From IMG/VR virus record IMGVR_UViG_2636416120_000006, positions 18,598 to 82,597 of that record: 64,000 bases of DNA. One strand, given 5' to 3'. How positions within the stretch are numbered: the first letter of the stretch is position 1; the number at the start of each line of letters is the position of its first letter. This document shows, one piece after another, positions 27,352 through 37,515 of this stretch. A program made the translations under genes and the position numbers. The notes under the pieces are model-generated. The model did no database searches. It was not told the DNA's origin and saw only the letters and a program-made list of their open reading frames with translations. The stretch is from a virus (lineage: Duplodnaviria > Caudoviricetes).

Positions 27352-28503
27352 TTAGCGGCGCGACTTGAAGCCGTCGTAGCTGGCGGTCAGCTTGACCTCC
27401 GGCTTTTCGACGGTGGTGGCGGGCTTGGACGCTCCGCCCTCGGGAAGCAGGTTCACCAGGTTCAGCTGGCTGGCCTTGATCGCCTCGATGCTCGCGGCGA
27501 TGTCCTTGGGCTCCTCCGGGTCCTTGGTCCCGGCGGCGATGAGAGCCTTCTTGGCGTGGTCCGCCAGGAAGGGGCGGGCGAGCTCCAGCTCGGCCTCGGC
27601 CGCATCGAGTTTCGCCTGCACCTCGGTGGTGGAGGTACCCGCAGCGGCCTTCAGGCCATCACGCTCGGTGGTGACCTCGGCAAGCTCCGCCTTCAGGCGC
27701 TCGATTTCGGCAGTGGCCGTCTTGAGCTCGACGGTGAGCGTGGCCTTGGCCGTGGTGGCCTCGGTCAGCCCGGCGACGAGTTCAGACAGGTCCATGGAAG
27801 GGTCCTCTTTGTACGATGCGATGAGCATCTGGGCCTCGAACGGGATGCCCGAGGCGGCTAGTCGCTCCCGCGAGCCCTCGGCCAGCTTGGCCTTGGCACG
27901 GGAAACGATCTTGGGATCCTTGGAAGCACCGCGGCTCACCAAGGACATCTCTGACCAGTTCTCGAGGCCGGCGATGGTGACGTAGACGCCATCCTTGCCG
28001 ACCTCGTGGCCCTCGGCGCAGGTGCGCTCCCAGATGTGGAAGTAATCGCCCGCGCGGTAGTCGTATCCGCACTCCGAGCAGAGAAGATGCTTGCCCAGGA
28101 CACCGACGCTGACCTCGTCCAGCACCGCGTTGTTGATGCTGGCGATTAGGTCCTTGCCCTCCTCGTTCGGGATGTAGAATTGGGCCCGGAGCTCGGAATC
28201 GTTGCTGTTCGGGAGGTCGAACACCTCGGCGTAGAACACCCGGCCGACTGGCAGCTCCATACCCTGCTGGTGCAGGGTATGGAGCGGAACCGACATCGTG
28301 CCGGCGTTCAGCTGCGAGGCCATTTCAACCAGAGTGGACCGAGTGAACCGGGCGCCTTCGAAGATCGAGCCTCGCTTGTTCAGCGGCTTGGTCGCCACGG
28401 CGGCGGCTTCGAAGACAGTCAGCTTCGAGACGTCGATATCATCCCCGGCAACGGCCTTGATCCGCTGCTCAACCTTGGGAGTGATCTCGATCGACTTCGC
28501 CAT
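27352..28503 (-). CDS. Prohead protease with C-terminal scaffold
   Basis: LH...LPVGRVF, EVSVG, EMSLVSRGA motifs; coiled-coil C-terminus; start MAKSIE. Confidence 0.8.
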   Translation of the reverse strand: MAKSIEITPKVEQRIKAVAGDDIDVSKLTVFEAAAVATKPLNKRGSIFEGARFTRSTLVEMASQLNAGTMSVPLHTLHQQGMELPVGRVFYAEVFDLPNSNDSELRAQFYIPNEEGKDLIASINNAVLDEVSVGVLGKHLLCSECGYDYRAGDYFHIWERTCAEGHEVGKDGVYVTIAGLENWSEMSLVSRGASKDPKIVSRAKAKLAEGSRERLAASGIPFEAQMLIASYKEDPSMDLSELVAGLTEATTAKATLTVELKTATAEIERLKAELAEVTTERDGLKAAAGTSTTEVQAKLDAAEAELELARPFLADHAKKALIAAGTKDPEEPKDIAASIEAIKASQLNLVNLLPEGGASKPATTVEKPEVKLTASYDGFKSRR

Positions 28504-28574
28504 CTGGCCCTGCCTCAAATATCCGATGCTGTGTTTAACATTGACACATCCACTATTCTCAGACTCTTGAAGAA

Positions 28575-30038
28575 TCACTTCTTCACAGCATTTGATTTGG
28601 AGGCGTTCTTGTCTTTCGGAGCGAGCGCCCGATCCATCGACGATATTCTGGACGGTCCGTCAGTGGCGCCGTCGGCCGGAGCTGGGCTCATGAAACCAGT
28701 GCCAGACAGCTCAGGGACGGCGTCCGGGCGGATCCGGTTGAACATCTCGATGTGGAAGTCGTCGTCCGAGATCAGGCCGTAGGACAGGAGCGTCAGGTAG
28801 CGGGCCTGCTTCTGGGTGAGGTGGGTCTCGAGCTCGAGGTCAGGACGCAGCTCGACGTTATCAAACCCCACGGTGACGATGCTCTCGGATCCAGTCAGGC
28901 GCAGGGCGAAGGTAAAGGCCTGGCTCAGCAGGTCGGCGACCGGACCGTTCAGCTGCTCGGCATTCCGGCTGAAGATCAGGGCTTCGACGGAGGCGGTGTT
29001 AACACCACTCTCGCCGCGGCCGATGACCGAGGACATGGTCTTCAGGGCCGCCTGGTTCTGAGCGTTGAGGGTCTCGATCACCTCCTTGATCTGGAGGCTC
29101 GCGCCAGGGTTCTTGTCGTTGAGGATCTTCGCTTCGACGGAGTCGTAGTGGATGAAGGCCTGATCCGGACGGCTCAGGCCGGAGATGACGCCCTGGAGCT
29201 CGGACAGCCGGGCGTCCAGGAACTCCTTCATCTTGGTTTCGTTGGTCTTGCACTCCGGAGGGGCATTCTTCCGAAGCACCTCCTCCAGCACCGAGATTTC
29301 CAGGCGAGGGAAGCCCGTCACCTGCATGATCCGGTAGAGGGTGTTGATGACAGCCTGACGCGCGGCGATGGTGTTGATCGCGGCGGTGAAGGGACTGGTC
29401 GAGTAGATCGTGGTCGGGTCCTGCCGGTAGAAGGTCAGGAAGAAGCTCGGGAGGTCGAGCGAGATGCGCTCCGAGGACCCGGTCGGCACCTGCTCCGGGA
29501 AATACACGCCGGGCGACTTTTCGGTGAACTCGAGGGTGCCGGGATCCACCAGGCGGAGCTCGGTCGGCAGCAGGGTCTTGTCGACCACCAGCTCGGCCGC
29601 GCACGCGCCGCGGATCAGGGCGAACCACCGCAGCTGCTCGCACAAGGCGACCAGAGACTTCTTGATGAGGAAGTTGGCCGGCTTGGTGTAGTCGGTGCGG
29701 GTCGTCAGCGAGAGGAGGATCTGCTGGAGGGTCTTGTGACCCTCGCGATCGATGTTCCCTTCGAGGTCGCGAACGTAGAAGTAGGGCTCGGTGTCGGCGG
29801 ACGTCAGGTAGGCGTTTAGTGCCGCGCTGAGATCCGGGTCGACCTTGGCGAGCTGCTGAATGAGGGACTGGCTGTTGCCGGCCAGGCGGGTCGTGTAGAT
29901 GTCGTCGAGGTGGTCGCGGTAGGCTGGCTTCGACAGAACGGCGGTGTTCGACGACGCATTATAGGTCGAAGTGAACGAACTGCCCTTATCACTCGTCCTC
30001 TTCTTTGGGAAGATGACGCTAAGAATGCCGCCGGCCAT
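28575..30038 (-). CDS. Portal protein
   Basis: 487 aa between terminase and protease. Confidence 0.8.
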   Translation of the reverse strand: MAGGILSVIFPKKRTSDKGSSFTSTYNASSNTAVLSKPAYRDHLDDIYTTRLAGNSQSLIQQLAKVDPDLSAALNAYLTSADTEPYFYVRDLEGNIDREGHKTLQQILLSLTTRTDYTKPANFLIKKSLVALCEQLRWFALIRGACAAELVVDKTLLPTELRLVDPGTLEFTEKSPGVYFPEQVPTGSSERISLDLPSFFLTFYRQDPTTIYSTSPFTAAINTIAARQAVINTLYRIMQVTGFPRLEISVLEEVLRKNAPPECKTNETKMKEFLDARLSELQGVISGLSRPDQAFIHYDSVEAKILNDKNPGASLQIKEVIETLNAQNQAALKTMSSVIGRGESGVNTASVEALIFSRNAEQLNGPVADLLSQAFTFALRLTGSESIVTVGFDNVELRPDLELETHLTQKQARYLTLLSYGLISDDDFHIEMFNRIRPDAVPELSGTGFMSPAPADGATDGPSRISSMDRALAPKDKNASKSNAVKK

Positions 30039-30066
30039 ACATTAGATCCTCGCAGGATTAAGGCTA

Positions 30067-31806
30067 CTAATATGGAAAGTACAACCCGTTTTCAACCCTT
30101 CTTTTGCTTGACCCTATCAGCGGCGAATTGTGCATAGGCACAGTAGCGGTCAGAATGCCGAAGTTCGTCCTGACCTCGGTGTTGCTGAGAGCAATGATCA
30201 GGTTCCGAAGTTGAAGCCCGGCTTTGAGGAACGCGAGGCTGTGATGGAAGTGGTCTTGACCCGTCAGCTTCTTCCACTCAGCGGGCTTCTCCGGTTGCTC
30301 GTCACGAACCTGATCCCGCAGGTGCTCGATGATGGTCTGCCTGTAATGGCCATACCCGGACATCCGAATGCTGCGTCGACGGATGTCCTTGGCGACCGCG
30401 TCCAGCGCCATGGTCCGGTTGATCTGACCGTGGGTGATGTTGTCGTACTGATCCTTGACCGGGTTGAACTCCTTGGTGCCGCGGTATTCCAGCGGCAGGA
30501 TCTTCCCTTCGGAGATGTCACGGATCTCCTCGGCCGTGGGGGTATAGGGATGACGGTCGATGCCGCCGGCGACGATGTTGTACTGCTTGCAGAGAGCACG
30601 AACGAAGTCGGGCAGCTCCTGAACTGGAACGGCCTCGAACCGAAAGACCTCGAGCTGCTCGACCGGACCTGTCGCCAATGTCACGTGGGCGACAAGGCCC
30701 ATATCGATGCCGATCGACACGGGCACATCCGGGCCGACGTCCGGTACACCGGGCTGCTCATCGCGGAAGCAGGCACGGATCACCTCCTCCTCGAGCCGGA
30801 TGTTGCCGTCCGAGTAGGTCTCGCCGAGCACCGTGTTGAAGAAGCCTCGGAGGTAGTCGCGCTGGCGGTACTTCAGCAGCTGGCCGAGGATGTAGGGCAG
30901 ATCGAGCTTGCCGGTGGAAAACGGCGTGACGTAGTAACCCCGAGCGTGCTTCCGGCTCGGGTGCTTGGCGACCCACTGGCGAAACGAGGGATCGGTGAGA
31001 TCCAGCGCCCGATGACATTTCGGACACCAGATGTAGGACTCCATGATGTCGATCTCGTCGGCGATCGACTGCGTGATGTCGGAGAGCTTCTCGATGTTGT
31101 CGGAGAGCCCCGGGATGAGGCAGAAATCCCTGTTGAACTGCGGCCAGGACCAGTGGTTACAGCGGGAGCAGCGGACCATGTAGTGCAACTGGTCCGAGGC
31201 CTGGTAACTCAGATCGATCCCGAACCCAGGAAAGGTTGGGGTCGAGAAGCGCTGCGAGATGCGGTGGATGGAGTTCTGCAGGCGGCTGTTGAACAGCACG
31301 AGCATGTCCTGCGGGGATAGGTCCACCTCGTCGTTGAAGATCGCGTCGGCCGATGTCGAGGTCGCGTCCGCCTCGGTGCAGCCGGTCAGGTAGAGGAACG
31401 ACCGGCCGAACTGCATGATGTTCATCGACCGGACGGCGCCCTGGTCGTGCTCCCGGTTGAAGATGGCATCGGCGTCGACGATCGGCTTCACGCGGGTTTG
31501 GCTGACGCGCTTGTAGAGCTTCTCCTCAGGCAGGGTGAACAACGCGGACAGGCCCTGGTTGCGCACCAGGAAGCCGAGCATCTTCCGGATCTGCACCTCG
31601 GTCAGCCCCACCTGGGAGCACTTGATGACGTCCAGGTTGGGGTGCATGTCGTCAAGGATGGCCCGCTGGAACTCGTACCCCTTGATCGAGAATGGGCGAC
31701 CCTTGATCGTGGTGTTCTTCTCGACCCAGTCGGTCATTGATACGGCAGCACTGTCCAGGGTGAACCTGGACCGGAAATCCGACTGGAAGTCCGTGCCGAA
31801 GCTCAC
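30067..31806 (-). CDS. Terminase large subunit (lambda GpA family)
   Basis: KCSQVGLTE Walker A variant, FNDEVD Walker B, STPT, CxxC..CxxC, FFNTVLGE, GIDMG nuclease; GTG start at 31806. Confidence 0.92.
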   Translation of the reverse strand: MSFGTDFQSDFRSRFTLDSAAVSMTDWVEKNTTIKGRPFSIKGYEFQRAILDDMHPNLDVIKCSQVGLTEVQIRKMLGFLVRNQGLSALFTLPEEKLYKRVSQTRVKPIVDADAIFNREHDQGAVRSMNIMQFGRSFLYLTGCTEADATSTSADAIFNDEVDLSPQDMLVLFNSRLQNSIHRISQRFSTPTFPGFGIDLSYQASDQLHYMVRCSRCNHWSWPQFNRDFCLIPGLSDNIEKLSDITQSIADEIDIMESYIWCPKCHRALDLTDPSFRQWVAKHPSRKHARGYYVTPFSTGKLDLPYILGQLLKYRQRDYLRGFFNTVLGETYSDGNIRLEEEVIRACFRDEQPGVPDVGPDVPVSIGIDMGLVAHVTLATGPVEQLEVFRFEAVPVQELPDFVRALCKQYNIVAGGIDRHPYTPTAEEIRDISEGKILPLEYRGTKEFNPVKDQYDNITHGQINRTMALDAVAKDIRRRSIRMSGYGHYRQTIIEHLRDQVRDEQPEKPAEWKKLTGQDHFHHSLAFLKAGLQLRNLIIALSNTEVRTNFGILTATVPMHNSPLIGSSKRRVENGLYFPY

Positions 31807-32051
31807 TCTTCGTCCGACGCCGCGGAGATGGCGATCTGGGTCTTGTGGACCTCGAGGACGCCGACGAGGTTGGTTTCTGGGATGGTGGGGGTGATCTCGA
31901 AGACGTCGTAGTCGCCTTCCTTGTTGAAGACGAAGGCCAGAACCCCTTCGATCTTCCCCTCTTTGGCCTCGGCTAGGAGGGTCTCCAGACCCTTGACGAT
32001 CGAATCCTGAGCGATGGCCAGGGGGGTTCGCAGCGACGCGACATTGGACAT
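31803..32051 (-). CDS. Hypothetical protein
   Basis: SD GGAG; coupled to terminase. Confidence 0.6.
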   Translation of the reverse strand: MSNVASLRTPLAIAQDSIVKGLETLLAEAKEGKIEGVLAFVFNKEGDYDVFEITPTIPETNLVGVLEVHKTQIAISAASDEE

Positions 32052-32240
32052 GCATTTGCTCCACGCAGGAGTGAGACGTCCTATATACGGTGGTCAGCCA
32101 CTGTTTTGAAGGTATTTCTACAGTACATGCGAACTAGATCTGCGGCCTGATGAGTACATATCAACCTACCAAATTCGGTCTTTCTGAATTTCGATCCACC
32201 CCCTACATATGCCCCAACAAATTCATCCCATGAGGATCTA

Positions 32241-32711
32241 ATGCAGCCATACGACTACTATCCGAAGCTGGACGGGCTGAACATTGTGCTCGGGTTCGTC
32301 GGTGACGACCCGGTTGGGTATCTGGAGGGACCGAACTGCCCCTATGACGAGGTGACGAAGGCTGCACTGCGGGGTCTTGTCACGAATGTGAACCACCATC
32401 CGATCGGGGTAACGGACGCAGAGGTCGAGAAGCTCGACATCGAGAGCGAGGCGATCGCGCTCTACCAGGAGACCAAGGAGTTCCGGGCCCGCGCCCAGAG
32501 CAGCGGCGAGGTCGGTGACCAGGCCGCGGCCCTGCGTGTGGCCAACTCTCTGCTGGAAAAGCTGCTCAACATCCGCGAGCGGGCTCACAACCTCAAGGAG
32601 AACGTCGCCTGGAAGAAGAAGATCCTCCAGTTCATTGAGGACGTCCTCGACGACGAACAGAGGATCGAGTTCGACAATCGTCTGGCGGCTGAAATCGAGG
32701 TGGCACGATGA
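32241..32711 (+). CDS. Hypothetical helical protein (possible terminase small subunit)
   Basis: Hairpin-RBS start; overlaps primase start; function inferred only. Confidence 0.5.
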   Translation: MQPYDYYPKLDGLNIVLGFVGDDPVGYLEGPNCPYDEVTKAALRGLVTNVNHHPIGVTDAEVEKLDIESEAIALYQETKEFRARAQSSGEVGDQAAALRVANSLLEKLLNIRERAHNLKENVAWKKKILQFIEDVLDDEQRIEFDNRLAAEIEVAR

Positions 32712-35122
32712 CCCAGCGCATTTTTGGTGACTACGCGCCGATTTACTGGGCCAACGGCCTTCCCGCGATCCCGCTGATGTACCAGGACAAGCGGCCGATC
32801 ATTCAGGATTGGTCTCGCTTTTCCGAGGTTTTCCCGACCGATCAGGAACAGGAGGAGTGGACGAGGCGGTATTTTGACAACAACATCGGCATCGTCCTGG
32901 GCCCCCAATCCGGTCTGACGATGATCGACATCGACACCGAGGATGAGGGTCTGATCAAGGACATCCTCGAGATCCTGCCCCCCTCGCCCTGGCACCGAAA
33001 GGGGCGCAAGGGCGTCATGCTCGCCTACAAATTCTCCGGCATCCAGACGTTCCGTATCAAGGAAGCGTCGGGCAAGATGCTGGTCGAGTGCCTGAGCAGC
33101 AAGACCCAGATCGTCCTGCCCCCGTCGATCCACCCGGACACAAAGCGGCCATACGAGGCCAACTGCAACCTCTTCGACGTGGTCGGCGACTTGGTCGAGC
33201 TGCCGAGCCAGGTGGAGAGCCTCCTCCGCGGCTTGTTCAAGGACCGCGGAATCGAGCTCAGTCACTCGGGCTGGACCCGGGTGACCGACTATGTCTCGGT
33301 CGGCAGCCGGGACGTGAAGATGACATCGGTCGCCGGCTTCTTCGCCCAGGGTGTGACCCGAGGTGAGATGACCGTGCTCGAGGCCATGGAGCGGATGCGC
33401 GCCTGGCACAGCACCTGCACCGAGAAGATCGCCGGCGATGACGTCGACATCGAGAAGGGCGTCAACAACCTCATCAAGTTCCTGATCGGCGACGTGCTCG
33501 ACAAGGGCAAGATGCTGCCGATCGGGTGGGACGCCGGCCTGTCGGACGTCGACAAGAAGGCGATGGGGCTCGAGTTCACCGTCGACAACGAGGAGTGGGA
33601 CTACGAGCGGATCCGGGACTACCTCAAGGAGGAGTTCGAGAAGTTCGAGCCGGACACGCAGGGCCGCATGAACGCGGTCGAGTACGTGCTGCGCAAGATC
33701 TCTTCCAGCGATCGCATCACCTCGCTCGATGCTGACCGGATCTTCCGGTACATCGTCGACGTCGGCGGCATGCGGCTCAACCTATCGAACCTGCGTCGGC
33801 GTGTGGTCGAGCTGCAGAAGGGCGACTTCCAGGGCATCAACCACACCGAGATCGCAGCCCAGATCAAGAAGGAGCTCGAGGAGATCACCCCCCACGCCCA
33901 TGTTGGGGGAAATTTCTGGCGCTATGGTGGCTCCCACTGGGAGATCGTCGACCGCAGCGAGCTGCTGCGCATCGTCGCCGAGCGCTATGGCAACTACATC
34001 GCGGCCAAGCGTGCCGGCGACCATAAGGGTGTGCTCGACATTCTCGGATCGCTGCTGCCCCAGCAGCTGACCACCGATGACGTCCGCGGCATCAACTTCG
34101 CCAATGGCGTGCTTCTCGAAAACGGCGCGGTGGTGGAGCACAACCCGGCCTTCGGCATGCAGTACACCCTGCCCTACCGCTTCGTGCCGAACATCGGCCG
34201 CGAGGCGACGCGCTGGCACGCCTTCCTGGAGCGCGTCTGGGGCGCCGACGAGGACTACGAGGACAAGGTCCGAGCCCTCCAGGAGGCCATGTGTGCGACG
34301 ATGTTCGGCATGGGGCCCCGATTCCAGCGCGCGGTGCTCTGCTACGGGGTCGCGAAGACCGGCAAGTCCCAGCTGCTGACGATCGTCAAGAACCTGATGC
34401 CGTCGGAGGCCCGATCGGCCTGCCCTCCGGACATGTGGGGTGACAAGTTCGCGCCGGCGACCATGTACGGCAAGCTGATCAACGTCTGCGGCGAGCTATC
34501 GGAAACGAAGAACGTCGACGGACAGCGGTTCAAGCAGACGATCGACGGCGAGGAGATGGCGGGCCAGTACAAGGGCCAGCAAATCTTCCACTTCCGACCG
34601 CGCTGCATGCACTGGTTCGCCTCGAACCACATGCCGAAGACCGACGACACCTCAGGGGGCTTCAACCGGCGCTGGCTGGTGCTGACGTTCAACAGCCCGA
34701 TCGACAATTCCGAGCGGATCCTGGATTTCGGCGACATCGTCGCCGCCGAGGAGCGTGAGGCGATCGTCTCATGGGTGATTGAGGCCTTGCCTCGGGTCCG
34801 TCAGATCCCTGATTTCACTCTCCCGGAGTCCCACAAGAAGATGATCGACGAGATGGCGGCAGGGAATAATAGCGTGCGCCATTTTTTTATGACGGGGGGT
34901 CGCGTGACGGTCGATCCTACGATCACGGACGTGACCTCCGAAAAGAAACTCTACGCCGCCTACTGGTCCTTCTGCATCTCGGGGGTGGGTGCGCGGCCTG
35001 TCACTACGACGAAATTCACTCGTCGAGTTCGGGACTTGGCGGGCGACCTGGGGTTCAAGGAGGTCCCGGGTGGGTGGAGTGGCCTCACAGTCAAGGATGT
35101 GGCCGGCCAGGCTCGACTCTGA
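32708..35122 (+). CDS. Bifunctional primase-polymerase fused to D5/P4-type SF3 helicase
   Basis: NIGIVLG..MIDID, VLPPSIHPDTKRPY (PrimPol); GVAKTGKS Walker A, ASNHMP, GFNRRW. Confidence 0.92.
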   Translation: MTQRIFGDYAPIYWANGLPAIPLMYQDKRPIIQDWSRFSEVFPTDQEQEEWTRRYFDNNIGIVLGPQSGLTMIDIDTEDEGLIKDILEILPPSPWHRKGRKGVMLAYKFSGIQTFRIKEASGKMLVECLSSKTQIVLPPSIHPDTKRPYEANCNLFDVVGDLVELPSQVESLLRGLFKDRGIELSHSGWTRVTDYVSVGSRDVKMTSVAGFFAQGVTRGEMTVLEAMERMRAWHSTCTEKIAGDDVDIEKGVNNLIKFLIGDVLDKGKMLPIGWDAGLSDVDKKAMGLEFTVDNEEWDYERIRDYLKEEFEKFEPDTQGRMNAVEYVLRKISSSDRITSLDADRIFRYIVDVGGMRLNLSNLRRRVVELQKGDFQGINHTEIAAQIKKELEEITPHAHVGGNFWRYGGSHWEIVDRSELLRIVAERYGNYIAAKRAGDHKGVLDILGSLLPQQLTTDDVRGINFANGVLLENGAVVEHNPAFGMQYTLPYRFVPNIGREATRWHAFLERVWGADEDYEDKVRALQEAMCATMFGMGPRFQRAVLCYGVAKTGKSQLLTIVKNLMPSEARSACPPDMWGDKFAPATMYGKLINVCGELSETKNVDGQRFKQTIDGEEMAGQYKGQQIFHFRPRCMHWFASNHMPKTDDTSGGFNRRWLVLTFNSPIDNSERILDFGDIVAAEEREAIVSWVIEALPRVRQIPDFTLPESHKKMIDEMAAGNNSVRHFFMTGGRVTVDPTITDVTSEKKLYAAYWSFCISGVGARPVTTTKFTRRVRDLAGDLGFKEVPGGWSGLTVKDVAGQARL

Positions 35123-35196
35123 TCCCCGAAGAGCTCGTGCGCGAGCTCGATCGAAGGGTCGAGAAGGGTGTTTCGGACTGGAACTGGGCTGATACG

Positions 35197-35220
35197 AGGG
35201 TGGACCGCTAGGTCCACCCT
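35197..35220 (+). terminator. Hairpin after primase gene
   Basis: AGGGTGGACC-GCTA-GGTCCACCCT. Confidence 0.5.
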
Positions 35221-35266
35221 TCCTATTATGGAGCCTCCCGAGCGTCAGTTTTCCTAGGCAATTTTC

Positions 35267-36013
35267 ATGATCCGTTTCAGCTATGTGTTTTGTGGCGTCC
35301 TCGCACTGGCACTGTGCGGAGTCGCCCTTGAAAGCCAGTTGCCACAGCGGATCGCGGCCCGGTTTGGGTGGTGGCCAGAGGTGATGGGGCCGGCGCGGTA
35401 TGTGGACGAAGCTGCCGCCGAGCTCCAAGAGGTCTACCCAACTCGCAAAGCCGACATCGTGATGTTGGGGGACAGCCTGACGGCTGCCGCCGATTGGAGA
35501 GAGCTTCTGCCGAATTGGGACGTCGTGAACCGAGGAGTTGCGGGTGAGACCATCAGGGAAATTTCAGCCCGGGTGGATGCCGTGGGCCGACTCCACCCCC
35601 GCGTCGTGTTTCTGATGGCCGGAACGAACGATCTGATGGTCGGCCAGACGCCTAATGAGGTCGCCGAGTCCTACAGACTTATCCTCGATCGCCTGCAAAG
35701 TACAGGTGCGAAGGTGGTGGTTCAGCCGGTTCTGCACGTTGCCAAGGATCGCAATACGGTTGGTATACAGCGTTTCTGGTACAATCGGCGGAACGATGCA
35801 ATCAGCGACGTCAACGCGCGGATCCGCGCCATCGCGGAGAAGCGCGGCCTGGTGTTCCTCGATCTCAACGAGACCATCGCGCCGGATGGGGTATTGGCGG
35901 ATGACCTCACTAGCGACGGGACGCACCTGCGCGCTCCCGCGTATCTCCTCTGGGCGAAGGCCATCAACGATGTTCTCTCTGCACCGGGCCTCCTAGCAGA
36001 AAGGCGATCATGA
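35267..36013 (+). CDS. Exported/membrane-anchored SGNH (GDSL) hydrolase
   Basis: GDSLT, NRGVAG, GTND, DGTH; N-terminal hydrophobic helix. Confidence 0.9.
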   Translation: MIRFSYVFCGVLALALCGVALESQLPQRIAARFGWWPEVMGPARYVDEAAAELQEVYPTRKADIVMLGDSLTAAADWRELLPNWDVVNRGVAGETIREISARVDAVGRLHPRVVFLMAGTNDLMVGQTPNEVAESYRLILDRLQSTGAKVVVQPVLHVAKDRNTVGIQRFWYNRRNDAISDVNARIRAIAEKRGLVFLDLNETIAPDGVLADDLTSDGTHLRAPAYLLWAKAINDVLSAPGLLAERRS

Positions 36014-36810
36014 TCAACGAGTTCGCTGATGCCTCGAAGACCAAACACCGACGCTCTCTGAGGAGAGCGCTTCAGAACTGGCTATTTCCGATGTTTTCGG
36101 AGATGCCGCGTGAGCTACTGCGGGTTCGGTTCGCTCGCTTCGCTCTCTGTTCTGCTCGATACGCTTGGTTCGTGCTCGCACTGCGACGGCTGCGCGTTAC
36201 GAGCGGAGGAGAGGGGGTCGCGAAGACGACCCTGAAGCACAACCTTAGAGGCATGTTCGATCTCCATGCGGAGCGTTCCACCCGCTTGATCTACCCGATC
36301 GCCATGTGGGCCGCGGCCCGCAGAGTGTCTCTTGCCAACCTCAAGGTTCTGACGGTGGGTCCTCGAACCGAGGGCGAGATATACACCCTGGTAGCGCACG
36401 GTTTCCGCCGGCGGAACATCACCGGGCTCGATCTGATCTCCTACTCGCCCATCGTTGACCTCGGTGACATGCACGCCATGGCCTACCCCGACGCCAGCTT
36501 CGACGTTGTGCTCGCCGGCTGGGTGCTTTCGTACTCAGACCGGAAGAAGACCGCCGCGGCCGAGATTGCTCGGGTGACCAAGCCGGGTGGGATCGTCGCC
36601 GTCGGTGTGGAGTGGGGTCGCAAGAGTCCTGAGGAGGTGGCCGCGGAGAGGACCGGATACATCGTCGGCTCCGCCACCAGACTAAGATCGGCGGAGGAGA
36701 TCCTCGCGCTCTTTGGTGACCAGGTCGATAGGGTTTATGCTAAGGTGGACGACCAGGACATCGCCGGCGAGGATGTTGGAGACCTACTGGTGATTTTTCG
36801 CCTGAGATAG
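36010..36810 (+). CDS. Class I SAM-dependent methyltransferase
   Basis: VLTVGPR..., GLDL, GDMHAMAYPDASFDVV, RVTKPGG. Confidence 0.85.
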   Translation: MINEFADASKTKHRRSLRRALQNWLFPMFSEMPRELLRVRFARFALCSARYAWFVLALRRLRVTSGGEGVAKTTLKHNLRGMFDLHAERSTRLIYPIAMWAAARRVSLANLKVLTVGPRTEGEIYTLVAHGFRRRNITGLDLISYSPIVDLGDMHAMAYPDASFDVVLAGWVLSYSDRKKTAAAEIARVTKPGGIVAVGVEWGRKSPEEVAAERTGYIVGSATRLRSAEEILALFGDQVDRVYAKVDDQDIAGEDVGDLLVIFRLR

Positions 36811-36819
36811 AGGGGTGAA

Positions 36820-36954
36820 ATGTACAATCCCCAGTACGATATCGGAGGGGATCCAGGGGCCGGCTCTCCGCAAGACTTCCTGTGGGTGATCGGCTTTCTC
36901 ATCTTCTTCGTGATATTCATGTGGATAGCTAAGTTTTGGTGGGATCGTGATTGA
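36820..36954 (+). CDS. Small membrane protein, 44 aa
   Basis: MYNPQYDIGGDPGAGSPQDFLWVIGFLIFFVIFMWIAKFWWDRD; GAGGGG SD. Confidence 0.55.
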   Translation: MYNPQYDIGGDPGAGSPQDFLWVIGFLIFFVIFMWIAKFWWDRD

Positions 36955-37312
36955 GATTCCTGTTGCCGGCACTGACCGGGTGATGCTGGTCGACGATGAG
37001 GTCGCCGACCAGGCTGATCGCATGCGTTGGCGCTGGGTCGCCGGCCAGGTCATCAATGAGGGTGGGATGGTGAATTTCGGTCTATACGGCCGGAAACGGG
37101 CGAAATTTGTTGATGGTGACCCCTTCAACTGCACAAGCAGCAACCTGCAAGGGGTCGGTGGTGACCGATCTGGACGGAAACGCAACCGGATCGGGTCGTC
37201 CGGCGTGAAGGACGTTCGTTGGGACAAGTCCCGGAACCAGTGGAAGACGTCGAAGGGCAGAACCTTCAAGAACCTGGATGATGCTGCGGATTTTGTTCGC
37301 GATGAGGGTTAG
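36947..37312 (+). CDS. Degenerate HNH/AP2-like protein
   Basis: DGDPFNCTSSNL and SSGVKDVRWDKSRNQW; catalytic His appears absent. Confidence 0.55.
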   Translation: MIEIPVAGTDRVMLVDDEVADQADRMRWRWVAGQVINEGGMVNFGLYGRKRAKFVDGDPFNCTSSNLQGVGGDRSGRKRNRIGSSGVKDVRWDKSRNQWKTSKGRTFKNLDDAADFVRDEG

Positions 37313-37336
37313 AGCGAAGGTCTGGATGGGTTTGGG

Positions 37337-37358
37337 GGCGGCTTCGGCCGCCTTTTTT
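37337..37358 (+). terminator. Rho-independent terminator
   Basis: GGCGGC-TTCG-GCCGCC-TTTTTT. Confidence 0.9.
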
Positions 37359-37500
37359 ATTTGCTAGCATGAATACTAGTACCTGAAATTCTGAAAATTT
37401 TCCCGAGGCATTTCCGACATCATCGCCCCAGGCCGTCCCTTTCCCGGCCAGAAAAGGGCACCACCCTACGCGCGCGTTCCTTCCCTCTCGCGGGAAAAGA

Positions 37501-37515
37501 GAACAAATAAGGAAC
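37501..37515. promoter_or_regulatory. Alphaproteobacterial LexA (SOS) box
   Basis: GAAC-AAATAAG-GAAC (reverse of GTTC-N7-GTTC) in an AT-rich intergenic region. Confidence 0.7.

Noticed and set aside
25577-27355. Long antisense ORFs (also 56900-58765, 59526-60794, 11804-13006, 30130-31320, 20-661)
   Set aside because: Shadow frames of GC3-rich genes on the opposite strand, with no recognisable motifs.
32147-32200. Hammerhead core CTGATGAG
   Set aside because: No downstream stem II or GAAA; it overlaps a palindromic promoter box instead.
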